From a bacterium (GTDB lineage Bacteria; Zixibacteria; MSB-5A5; WJJR01), in the NCBI GenBank assembly GCA_021813505.1, contig JAKAKI010000071.1:45-64044 (forward strand): DNA of 64,000 bases. The letters are read 5' to 3'. The translations under genes were made by a program, and so were the position numbers. The notes beneath the pieces are model-generated. The model had not been told where the DNA came from. It did no database searches and saw only the letters and a list, made by a program, of their open reading frames with translations. Every line of letters starts with the position of its first letter. The stretch's first letter is position 1. Shown in pieces: positions 1-8,456 of the stretch.

Positions 1-348
1 ATCCAACGGGTGCCTGGCTCCCCACTTGGAACTCACCCCCAGGTTATTGGCCGACCGACCACTGAGGGCACGCGGGAGAACGCGCCTCACCCCAGTCCGG
101 GATGGCAGGTGTTACCTCCGCCGGGTGCGCGTGGCCGCAATCTCTGATTGCGGACGGCCGGAGGCCGGCGTGGTGTGTGCCCGCGGGATGTAGCATTGTG
201 TGTCCGCATTCCTTGCTTCCAACTAATGTCATACATCAACCACCCCACTTTCTTCTTGACATCTGGAATATCTGCCGCCTTCGTGGGTATGACTGGGTGT
301 AGAGGCAGTGCGCCGACAACTAAATACTTAACCGAAGGGAGGGGACCC

Positions 349-3300
349 ATGGTTACACGCAAGGCCGTCATCACGGCGATGTTGGTGCCGTTGGCGGTGT
401 GCACACTATTGGCCGCTGGCGGTTCCGGCGGGCCGCCGCCAACCCAGAAGGATCTGGAGCGGCGATTTCAGGAAGGGCGGATTCCAAGTCCGCTGGACCG
501 ACTTCGTGACACAACTCATCGTCCGATTAATCCAAGGGCGCTGGCGGCACTTCATAGGCTCCAGGAGGCGAGTCATCAGCGATGGCAGGTGAAGTGGGAT
601 ACCACTACTGGCTGTCAGGCCGGGCTAACCGGCGGGCGCTGCTGGGGACGGGGGGCTACACGTCGGGAGCAGGCCGCCAACTTCCTGCACGATTACTTTG
701 ACCTGTTCTGGCAGCCCGATTCCAAGTACAAAACCCCCAAGCCCGAACTGAGGTTTGAGCTGGATCGGGCTGGAGGGATAAGCTTCAACGCGTATTCCCA
801 AGGTTTGGAAGTGTTCAATGCAAGGCTCGTTGTGTTGTTTACTCGCGATGGGGAAATCAGTGCGATAAACGGTCGCATCCCGATAGTAGGAAAGACGGAG
901 TTATCCCCGAAGTTGAGTCCTGAAGCTGCTTGTGCAAACGTGCTGAGATCCGGGAGGGTTTCTCCCGATTCACGGATTCCCGACGCCCCCCACCTACTAA
1001 TCTATCCATCTCGCCCGCCTCGGTTGATGTATTCTGTGTTTGTGGAGTTTGGTCCGCACTTGCTTGTCGATGCCGATACTGGTGAAATCTACCCCGGATT
1101 CTGGGCTGGACCTTCCAAATATCAAGCAGCGGTAGAGGGACTTAACAAGGGGGCTGCGGCCAGCGTATTACCTGATTCTGCTTTGCGAAACCGACTTGGC
1201 GTTCCCCGGCCATCGGTTCCAACCTCCTTGGAATCGGTCATGGAGAGGTCCCGGCGCGTTGATGGTCGTGAACCGCATTGGCATGAGCCGACACCTCACC
1301 CACTTTCGGCACCAGTGGTTTCAACCCGCGAAACGAGCGGGGGTCATGAACCCGCCGCCATCGTGAAAAGGCTGACTGGGACAGAGGCGACTCGCGCCGA
1401 CTCTGCCCATCGGCGGTTGACAGACAATCACCTAATCTCCTATTCCATCGACGACATCGCTGTAGTTTACAGCCTAGACCTTGACGGCGACGCGTATTCA
1501 AGAGACGCCCAACTCGGTGTGGACATCGATCTCAGCCCTCCCAGCGCCAACGCCGTCCTGTATCTCGAGGTATTCGGGCGCGAACCGGCCTACGGGGGCA
1601 CGGTCCTGATCCAGACAGGGCAGTTTCCCGTCATCGGCGCTGACAACGTCTACGAGCGAGTTCCGCTCTCAGATTTTCCTCACGGCGGTTGGGACTTCCG
1701 AATCGATGTATACACATACGATGGTACGTGGGTTGCCTCCTCCACATATGGGCAGTTCCCTGGAGCTACTTCCGTCGCCCTGGAAACCGCGTACCAGGAC
1801 GCTGTGTTCCAAGCCTACGGCGCGTATGCGGATCAGGAGTTGAGGGACTGGAACGGAAACGGTTACAGTTGCACCGTTCAGTTGGACTGGGCGATCCGAA
1901 CCGACGACGGCACACACTCGATATGGAGCGACTTCTACATCTCGGATGGCGTGACAGAGTGGTTGTTACCGACAACTCAACCCTACGTGGTCGATACGGG
2001 CCATGCCTGGCATCACCTCTTGATCGCGGGCAAACCTCACGGGCACTACGGAATCCGTATGATACTCAGGGAGGCGGGCACCAATCAGTTTCTACGAGAG
2101 TTTCACTACGGTGAGCTCCTCAACTGGACGAACATTCCCTTGGAGACTGGCCGGGAGGACCGGGGGCCGTCCCAGGTATTTGACCCGAATCCGGTGAATG
2201 TGCTCAACAATCCATGCCTGTGGGATCACCACGACTCAGTTTCAGCGGTGCCATCCACCGCATACTCTCCCGTCGACCTGGACAGCCTGAATGAGCCACC
2301 ACTTGATGACGGATTCTATCACCTCTCTGGAGCATACGTCAGCATCATAGAGATAAACCCTCCAGCTGTCTCGCCACCCCTGATGCCCGGCGCCTCGTAC
2401 GCGTACACCAGAGACGAGACAGGATTTGAAGCGACGATGGCCTATTATCACATAACCAGGAGTCAGGAGTACATCCAATCCTTGGGCTTGGGATACGACG
2501 TTTGTAACCGGCAAGTGCCGGTGGATGTGTTTGCCAATCGAGAGAAACCGGACGAGGCTTCCGCCTACTTTCCTAACCTGACGGGCACCGGTTTTATAAC
2601 TTTCGGCCTGAACGGGTACGGCGGTACCCCAGGTGTTGACAATGCCGAGGATGCAGATGTCATTATGCATGAGTACGGGCATGCGATCGTAGACAACGTC
2701 GCACCCCTCACCTTCAGCCTTGCGGGCAACAGCGTTCAATCCCGATGGATGGACGAAGGATTCGCGAACTATTGGGCGGGCTCGTCTGTGTTGGAAGGGA
2801 GTGTGGCACATGGCTTTCCACCGGAGTATATTGGAGAATGGTATGTGAAGAACACACCAGGATGCCAGCCTGAATACTGCTCATATGGCGACCTTGAAAA
2901 CAACTGGACGTACACGAGTATTCCCTGCTGCCCGTTTGACTCCACGGCGGAGCACCGCGATGCCCAGCCATGGGAGGGGGCACTGTGGGATATGCTTCAG
3001 GCCCTCGGAAAGAACAGCGCAGACAGGATAATAATCGAGGGGTACAAGGAGTCGAGGGGACTCGTCGATCCATCGGTTCTTGACGTTGCACGACGATTCC
3101 TCGCTGCGGATACGCTCCTTTACAGCGCGGCCCACGCACAACAGATCATCAACATCTTCACCGCACGTGAATTCTACCTGATTCCGACCTGCAACTGCCC
3201 GCTCCAAGGGGACATCAATGCCGACTTGGCGATAGACTTGTTCGACGTGATCGCCTGCATCGGAATCGCATACAGCGGCGATCTTGATCCTCAGGACGCC

Positions 3301-3423
3301 GCCTGTCCAACAACACGGGGCGACGTCAACAACGACGGCACGACCGATACTTTTGATGTAATCTATCTCATCGCCACCGCGTTTAGCGGCGGACCGAATC
3401 CGATAGGCCCATGCGCGCCGTGA
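349..3423 (+). CDS. secreted zinc metalloprotease (HExxH) with propeptide-like N-region and C-terminal dockerin-like double repeat
   Basis: Long ORF 148..3423. Preferred start is ATG 349, preceded by a GGGAGGGG purine run and followed by a signal/lipoprotein-like peptide (MVTRKAVITAMLVPLAVCTLLAAG). HEYGH at nt 2668-2682 is followed by MDEGFANYW. The C-terminus (nt ~3190-3420) has two GD(I/V)N.D...D.FDVI...SGG repeats. Confidence 0.8.
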   Translation: MVTRKAVITAMLVPLAVCTLLAAGGSGGPPPTQKDLERRFQEGRIPSPLDRLRDTTHRPINPRALAALHRLQEASHQRWQVKWDTTTGCQAGLTGGRCWGRGATRREQAANFLHDYFDLFWQPDSKYKTPKPELRFELDRAGGISFNAYSQGLEVFNARLVVLFTRDGEISAINGRIPIVGKTELSPKLSPEAACANVLRSGRVSPDSRIPDAPHLLIYPSRPPRLMYSVFVEFGPHLLVDADTGEIYPGFWAGPSKYQAAVEGLNKGAAASVLPDSALRNRLGVPRPSVPTSLESVMERSRRVDGREPHWHEPTPHPLSAPVVSTRETSGGHEPAAIVKRLTGTEATRADSAHRRLTDNHLISYSIDDIAVVYSLDLDGDAYSRDAQLGVDIDLSPPSANAVLYLEVFGREPAYGGTVLIQTGQFPVIGADNVYERVPLSDFPHGGWDFRIDVYTYDGTWVASSTYGQFPGATSVALETAYQDAVFQAYGAYADQELRDWNGNGYSCTVQLDWAIRTDDGTHSIWSDFYISDGVTEWLLPTTQPYVVDTGHAWHHLLIAGKPHGHYGIRMILREAGTNQFLREFHYGELLNWTNIPLETGREDRGPSQVFDPNPVNVLNNPCLWDHHDSVSAVPSTAYSPVDLDSLNEPPLDDGFYHLSGAYVSIIEINPPAVSPPLMPGASYAYTRDETGFEATMAYYHITRSQEYIQSLGLGYDVCNRQVPVDVFANREKPDEASAYFPNLTGTGFITFGLNGYGGTPGVDNAEDADVIMHEYGHAIVDNVAPLTFSLAGNSVQSRWMDEGFANYWAGSSVLEGSVAHGFPPEYIGEWYVKNTPGCQPEYCSYGDLENNWTYTSIPCCPFDSTAEHRDAQPWEGALWDMLQALGKNSADRIIIEGYKESRGLVDPSVLDVARRFLAADTLLYSAAHAQQIINIFTAREFYLIPTCNCPLQGDINADLAIDLFDVIACIGIAYSGDLDPQDAACPTTRGDVNNDGTTDTFDVIYLIATAFSGGPNPIGPCAP

Positions 3424-3514
3424 TCGTGATTGCGACAAGTTCCTGATTAGAGTCAGTGCTGCTTCGCCATTCCCACACCCTCAAGGGCCATCGATTTCCA
3501 TCACAAAGCAGAAA

Positions 3515-3556
3515 CCCGTCCTGCTCCAGTGAGCGGGACGGGCTTCGTGTTTTCGT
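3515..3556. terminator. hairpin terminator shared by convergent genes
   Basis: CCCGTCCTGCTC-CAGT-GAGCGGGACGGG (12-bp stem with one T.G pair) at 3515-3542, with T-rich tracts on both strands. It lies between the stop at 3423 (+) and the stop at 3573 (-). Confidence 0.55.
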
Positions 3557-3572
3557 TTGGCTTTTGAAATCG

Positions 3573-4379
3573 TCAGCGCTGTGACGTTGGCGCCGGGCCC
3601 CAGCGGCGGGCTTTGCTGATCGGGATCGTGAGGCGCGTGTGCGCCGCATCGGAAGCCTCGATCGTCATCGACTTGTTGAACAAGTCTTCTGCGATGCTCT
3701 GCTCGAACTTGAATCGGAATGTTTTCTCGCCCCCGGCGCTGACGCTTTTGTTCTCTGGGAAATCGACCTCGACGTATTTGTCGGGGCGCGAGACAATCGT
3801 GAATTTCAAATCCTCATTCGTGATGTTCTTGATTTTGAACTCGTAATTCCACGGGTCCTTCTGGTCCTGCGGACGATTGGCGTCGAGATCCACCTGCGGG
3901 GGCGTCACATGAAAGACACTGACCGAGTCGGGATTGGCCATCACGTCGACCACCAGCGTCAGCCGGGGAATATTCCCGGCCGCGTTGCAGAGAATCTGGG
4001 CGCTCTTGCGCGTCTTGGACGTGTAGTGCCCGGTTGAGAAAATCAGTTCGACCTTTGAGCTGTCACCGACAGCCAGCTCCTTTTTTTCAAGCGGAGCTTT
4101 TGTGCATCCTCACCCAGGCTTGACATCGGTGATACGCAAAGTATCCTCACCGATGTTCTTGATCCAGAACACGTGGGAGATGGTCGATCCCTGCGGCACC
4201 CGCCCGAAATCGAACTCCTCCGCCGAGACCGCTACCCGCGGCAGCTTGGCCCCGACCGGCGCGGCCTGATCGGTCTGCGGCGGCGGCTGGGCCGGAGGGT
4301 GCTGCGCGAATGCGGGCGCTGCCGCCAATGCGGCCACCCCTGCGTACGCAAGCAACCTGGACAACAATCTGTGACTCAT
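3573..4379 (-). CDS. secreted DUF1573-domain protein with a single in-frame TGA (candidate selenocysteine; alternatively a nonsense pseudogene)
   Basis: Track ORFs 4110..4379 and 3573..3953 are in the same frame, and I found no other stop between them on manual translation. The N-terminus is a signal peptide (MSHRLLSRLLAYAGVAALAAAPAFAQ). The DUF1573 signature FDFGRVPQGSTISHVFWIKNIGEDTLRITDVKPG-[TGA]-GCTKAPLEKK matches the paralog ...LEITKLVPN-C-GCTEAPLEKK. Merged length is 268 codons versus 276 aa for the paralog. Confidence 0.6.
4059..4109 (-). promoter_or_regulatory. two stem-loops immediately 3' of the in-frame UGA (candidate bacterial SECIS)
   Basis: Minus-strand RNA reads UGA-GGAUGCACAAA-AGCUCC-GCUUGAAAAAAA-GGAGCU-GCUGUC-GGU-GACAGC. 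The first stem (+ coords 4075-4098) starts 12 nt after the UGA and its apical loop begins with G. The second is a perfect 6-bp stem with a GGU loop (4059-4073). Confidence 0.35.
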
Positions 4380-4517
4380 CTAGTATCCTTTGAATGGGTT
4401 TGACCACCAACTGATGCGAATATAGAATCTCCCCGGACCCCGCGCAAGAGCCGGTGGCCCGGTTTGTGACTCTCAATCAGACTTAAACAATCGACTCCCC
4501 CGGAAGTTTCCCCGCCG

Positions 4518-5348
4518 TCATTTCGTCTTCGCCCCCGTGCCGCCCGGCTTGCTCCCCCAGGGCGCTTTCTGGAAGATCGGCAGCGTAACCCGGGTGGTGT
4601 CGGCGCCGATGGCTTCGAAGGTCACCGACTTGGAAATGACGAGCTTGGGCAAATCCGGCTCGAAATGTAACAGTATTTGTCTTTCTTCACCGGCGCCCAG
4701 CCGGCCGGAGAAATCGTTGCAGCCCACCTGGCGGTCGGGCCGCTCCACGATGTTGATGGCCAGCGGCGATTTGGTGATGTTGCGCAGCTTGACCACAGTG
4801 TTCCAGCCATCGCGGGCCGAATCGGCCATCTGCAATCCGAGGTCGACCGAACGGGGCGTCATGGTAATCGATCCGGTGGGCTCCGAATCCGCGGCAACAT
4901 GGGAGCGAAACGTCAGTGCGGGAACCCGTCCAGCCGCATTCGACTCGATCTGGACAAACTTCTCGACAAACCCATGGTAGAGCCCCGAACCAAATGCGAT
5001 TTCAACCCGGATGCTGTCGCCCGGCGCTGCATGCTTCTTCTCCAGCGGGGCCTCCGTGCAGCCGCAGTTGGGCACCAGTTTGGTAATCTCCAACGGTTCA
5101 TCCCCAGTATTGCGAAGCCAAAAGACATGGGACACCACCCCTTTTTCAGGGACGATCCCAAATGGGAAGATCTCCTCGGCAACCTTGATTCTCGGTCCCC
5201 GTTTCGCGCTTCCCGTCTGAGCATCCGCACAGGAGTTTAGGAGCAGAACGATTGCGAGAATCGCACCGGCCTGGAACGCCGGAGTCGTCAAGGGCCGCAC
5301 CCGCCGCGATAAGCCGCTATCCCACAATTGCATAGGCCTTTGATTCAA
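4518..5348 (-). CDS. DUF1573-domain lipoprotein (Cys-containing paralog of 3573..4379)
   Basis: TTG start at 5348 with GGGAGG 5 nt upstream. Lipobox-like LLLNSC. DUF1573 signature FPFGIVPEKGVVSHVFWLRNTGDEPLEITKLVPNCGCT. Confidence 0.8.
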   Translation of the reverse strand: MNQRPMQLWDSGLSRRVRPLTTPAFQAGAILAIVLLLNSCADAQTGSAKRGPRIKVAEEIFPFGIVPEKGVVSHVFWLRNTGDEPLEITKLVPNCGCTEAPLEKKHAAPGDSIRVEIAFGSGLYHGFVEKFVQIESNAAGRVPALTFRSHVAADSEPTGSITMTPRSVDLGLQMADSARDGWNTVVKLRNITKSPLAINIVERPDRQVGCNDFSGRLGAGEERQILLHFEPDLPKLVISKSVTFEAIGADTTRVTLPIFQKAPWGSKPGGTGAKTK

Positions 5349-5580
5349 GATACCTCCCGTCGAATTCGTACCAGCTCAAACATCCCTTATACCCCCATTC
5401 GGCGCTCCCAATAAGCCAGACCAGTGAAAGTGATTCAACGATTGATATTTTCGGTTGCGTCCGGGACAAATGTTCAGTATTGGGTATGTGCGCCCTGACC
5501 AGTGAACTGCGCGTGAGGGGTTTCGCTGACGTAACGTAGGACCAGGCCAATCGACAACCCGGATGAAATGGAGAAGCGTC

Positions 5581-6201
5581 ATGACTATCAATAAGTTACC
5601 TCTCACCGAGCGCCAGCGGGAGATCTACGAGTTTATCCGCGAGGCGGTTCACACCGAAAGCCGCCCGCCTACCATGCGTGAAATCGGTGAGCGTTTTTCC
5701 ATCAGTTCGACCAATGGGGTTCGTGAAGCACTTGAAGTACTGGAGAAAAAGGGGTACATCCGCCGCCAGCCGTTCCTTTCCCGGGGCATTGAACTTGTGG
5801 AATCAGTGCCTGCGCCCGCTGACGTGATCCCGATTGTCGGCCGGGTCGCCGCCGGATTGCCACTCTTGGCGGTGGAAAACATCGACGGCCACATCGCAGT
5901 CGACCAGTCGTTCCTCCCCTCCGGAGAAGTCTTCTCGCTTCGGGTTACCGGTGAGAGCATGCGCGACGAGGGAATCAAAGACGGCGATCTCGTTTTGGTG
6001 CGCAAACAGGAGAGCGCTCAAAAAGGAGATATCGTTGTGGCCGTCATCGGCGAGGAAGCGACCGTGAAACGGTTCTATCCCGATCGAAGCCGCGTTCGCC
6101 TGGAACCGGCCAACCCAGATTTTGGACCGATAATCGTTGATCGCCGCGCGCCGGGATTCTTCATCGCCGGCGTGGTGGTCGGACTCCTGCGCCGCATGTG
6201 A
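5581..6201 (+). CDS. lexA: LexA repressor (S24 autopeptidase)
   Basis: N-terminal wHTH (LTERQREIYEFI...PTMREIGERF), Ala-Gly cleavage context VAAGLPL, catalytic Ser in GESM, Lys in VKRF. ATG 5581 has GGAGAA 5 nt upstream; the track ORF starts at 5563. Confidence 0.9.
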   Translation: MTINKLPLTERQREIYEFIREAVHTESRPPTMREIGERFSISSTNGVREALEVLEKKGYIRRQPFLSRGIELVESVPAPADVIPIVGRVAAGLPLLAVENIDGHIAVDQSFLPSGEVFSLRVTGESMRDEGIKDGDLVLVRKQESAQKGDIVVAVIGEEATVKRFYPDRSRVRLEPANPDFGPIIVDRRAPGFFIAGVVVGLLRRM

Positions 6202-6267
6202 TTCCGTAACTGCTCTCCCCGCCATCCATCCCCCGTGGCGGATTACCTTCCTGATGGCCCAAACAAG

Positions 6268-6297
6268 TCCCCCGCTGTGACGCATCACGGCGGGGGA
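6268..6297. terminator. hairpin between convergent lexA and the cohesin/dockerin gene
   Basis: TCCCCCGCTGTGA-CGCA-TCACGGCGGGGGA, a 13-bp stem with one T.G pair. T-containing tails on both strands. Confidence 0.45.
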
Positions 6298-6351
6298 TGT
6301 CTGCATTCGGGGTTCGTCTCGGGCAGCAACCGTGCACCCCGGCTGGTGGCA

Positions 6352-7179
6352 TCAACAGGGTGGCTGGCCACCGCTGAAGGCGTAGTCAATCAAGTAGATC
6401 AAGTCGAACACGTCAGTGACGAGGTCGCAATTGACGTCGGTGAGATTATTCGGGCATGCGGGTGGCCCTCCGCTGAAGGCGATGTCGATCAACTGGACGA
6501 TATCGAAAACATCAACCACGATGTCCGAGTTAATATCTCCCCGCGTCGTTGGAGTGATCGTCACCGACCCGGAAGTGAAATCGGTCGGCTGGATCAGAGT
6601 CCCCTTGGGATCGCTGAAGTAGGATCCCACGATATTCGCGGTCACGAACACGGTGCGGTCCTGCAAGGTGTCCGGTATATCGCAGAACACGTGCCCGATC
6701 ACCTTGATCAGCACCCCATTGGTGTAGGGCAAAATCGGCAGCGGCAGCCGGTCGAAGTTGTTATCCACGATCCCGGTAAGTTGCAGGTCGAATGTGCCGT
6801 AGGTTCGCGCCTGCACGTAATCCCAGTTGTAGGTCAGTGTGCCGGCGCTCGAGGATGGCACCACGGCCACGGTACAGGGATAGGCCACGACGGAGGTGCA
6901 CGCGGCATTGGAACACTTGTAGCAGGTTTGCACCATTGTATCGGCAGTGAACTCCATTATGTCCGGCCTTGAAAGCGTCAGCGACAATTGGAATCCGGCG
7001 ATGGAATCACCCATGTTCTGGAGATACACCGTGAGGGGCACAACCGCACCGGGAGACACCGACGTATCGGCAACATCCAGGTAGAGCTTTGGCGTCTGCG
7101 CCCGAGCCGGCTGTGCTCCGTGGATCACGATCAACACAACCACACCGATCCACATCAAGCAAGGCAAACGACGGAACAT
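6352..7179 (-). CDS. secreted protein with N-terminal cohesin-like module and C-terminal dockerin-like double repeat
   Basis: ATG 7179 has AAGGAGAG upstream. Signal peptide MFRRLPCLMWIGVVVLIVIHGAQPARAQ. Cohesin-like segment LYLDVADTSVSPGAVVPLTVYLQNMGDSIAGFQLSLTL. C-terminus reads GDINSDIVVDVFDIVQLIDIAFSGG...TDVNCDLVTDVFDLIYLIDYAFSGG (nt ~6355-6552). Confidence 0.75.
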   Translation of the reverse strand: MFRRLPCLMWIGVVVLIVIHGAQPARAQTPKLYLDVADTSVSPGAVVPLTVYLQNMGDSIAGFQLSLTLSRPDIMEFTADTMVQTCYKCSNAACTSVVAYPCTVAVVPSSSAGTLTYNWDYVQARTYGTFDLQLTGIVDNNFDRLPLPILPYTNGVLIKVIGHVFCDIPDTLQDRTVFVTANIVGSYFSDPKGTLIQPTDFTSGSVTITPTTRGDINSDIVVDVFDIVQLIDIAFSGGPPACPNNLTDVNCDLVTDVFDLIYLIDYAFSGGQPPC

Positions 7180-7733
7180 GGGGCTCTCCTTACCTTCTTG
7201 GGACATGACATTCGCGCAATTGGCATCGCACAACGGGTTCGCCCCTGCCGTACGCCTGGCACGCCCAATTGATCGACTTGACTCCGTTGATCGATCGACA
7301 TGCCACACCGAGATGGTCCCAAAGCTCTCGGACCAGCGCCTAACTCTAATTATCGAACCAACGCCAGTTCCCCTATAGCACTACTGCCTACGACGAGGGT
7401 AACGTTGGTCCAAACAACCGAGCGCTTTGGGCTATGACATCTCCTGCGAGCGAACCAGCTTCTGATTGTACAATTCCCCGGGCAATCTCGCACCAAGGCA
7501 ATAGAGGTATCGTCGTTAGAGCCCGAATCGGAACTTCCGACCGGGACAATCAAGGGGTAATCTAATCACTCCTAACGATTTGTCAAGCCGATTTACCGAA
7601 AAGTTGCGCGGCCAAGATGAGACGCGATTCGCTATCTGTACGCACCGGCTCGAAGAGAATCCTGCGATCAGGCAAATTGCGACATTCAACCCAGCTCTTG
7701 CACAGCTCGTCGCGTGAGCGACGGCCCAATACC

Positions 7734-8456
7734 CTACTTCTTCTTCACAGTAGGCCGGCACGGGGCAACGTGGGCAATCGCATCGCGGAGAACAACTTGC
7801 TTGATGAGATTGCCCTTCGTGTCGGAGAGGCGCGTCATCATGTTGTCCAACCGTACAATTGATGAATCCCCATCAATGTAGGCCACCTTCGATTCGGCCA
7901 TCTCCAACGGCAAGCTGAACAGTACACCTGAGTCTCCAGGGACTAATGGGCGAGGTCGAGAGTCGCCCAGGAAATACGCCAGACCGACAATTTTCACCGA
8001 CAGCCCGCTGTCGCCTCGTGCCTCAAAGAACTCCCACTTTGCGATGAGTCCATCCGCACGACTGATCTTCGGCCTCTGGGCGAGGCTGCCGGGAACTAAT
8101 TTGGAGTCTTTCGCCCCCGATTCCCCCTTGCGGCCACCCGGCTCTGAATCAGATGGCCTGGCAAGAGCAAACTTCGCGAAATCCGGCCGGTCCCATGTCA
8201 GAAAGATCTCAAATCCCTGAATGGTATCGGGCGTGGAGACGAGCCATACTTGCACTGCCTTGGGACACTGATCGGGACCGGAAACGAGCCGGGATTCGAG
8301 GACCAATGGCACCTGTGTGGAGTCCCCCGGCCCCGCCCACGCAACCGGCCCGCTGACAATCAGTGCAATGACGATCGCCGTCAGAATACTACTCCAACCG
8401 AGTTGGGCGATCCGACCACCCGTTCGGGACGCAACCCGTACCTTCTGTGTCATCAT
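7734..8456 (-). CDS. hypothetical membrane-anchored/secreted protein with cohesin-like segment
   Basis: ATG 8456 directly abuts the TAG stop (8457-8459) of the upstream M48 gene. N-terminal hydrophobic anchor. IQGFEIFLTWDRPDF resembles IAGFQLSLTLSRPDI of 6352..7179. Confidence 0.6.
   Translation of the reverse strand: MMTQKVRVASRTGGRIAQLGWSSILTAIVIALIVSGPVAWAGPGDSTQVPLVLESRLVSGPDQCPKAVQVWLVSTPDTIQGFEIFLTWDRPDFAKFALARPSDSEPGGRKGESGAKDSKLVPGSLAQRPKISRADGLIAKWEFFEARGDSGLSVKIVGLAYFLGDSRPRPLVPGDSGVLFSLPLEMAESKVAYIDGDSSIVRLDNMMTRLSDTKGNLIKQVVLRDAIAHVAPCRPTVKKK

Noticed and set aside
148-348. The 67-codon N-terminal extension of the metalloprotease ORF.
   Set aside because: The internal ATG at 349 has a purine-rich SD-like run and yields a proper signal peptide. 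The extension has no such features.
3573-4379. Genome-wide reassignment of TGA (code 4 or 25) as the explanation for the in-frame TGA.
   Set aside because: TGA terminates well-supported genes in the same window, including the metalloprotease at 3421-3423 and lexA at 6199-6201.
5349-5580. Searched the lexA / DUF1573 divergent intergenic region for an SOS box.
   Set aside because: I found only loose half-sites (GTTCAGT ... AGTGAAC, about 23 nt apart) and no convincing match to the LexA-box consensus types I know. The LexA motif for this lineage is unknown to me.
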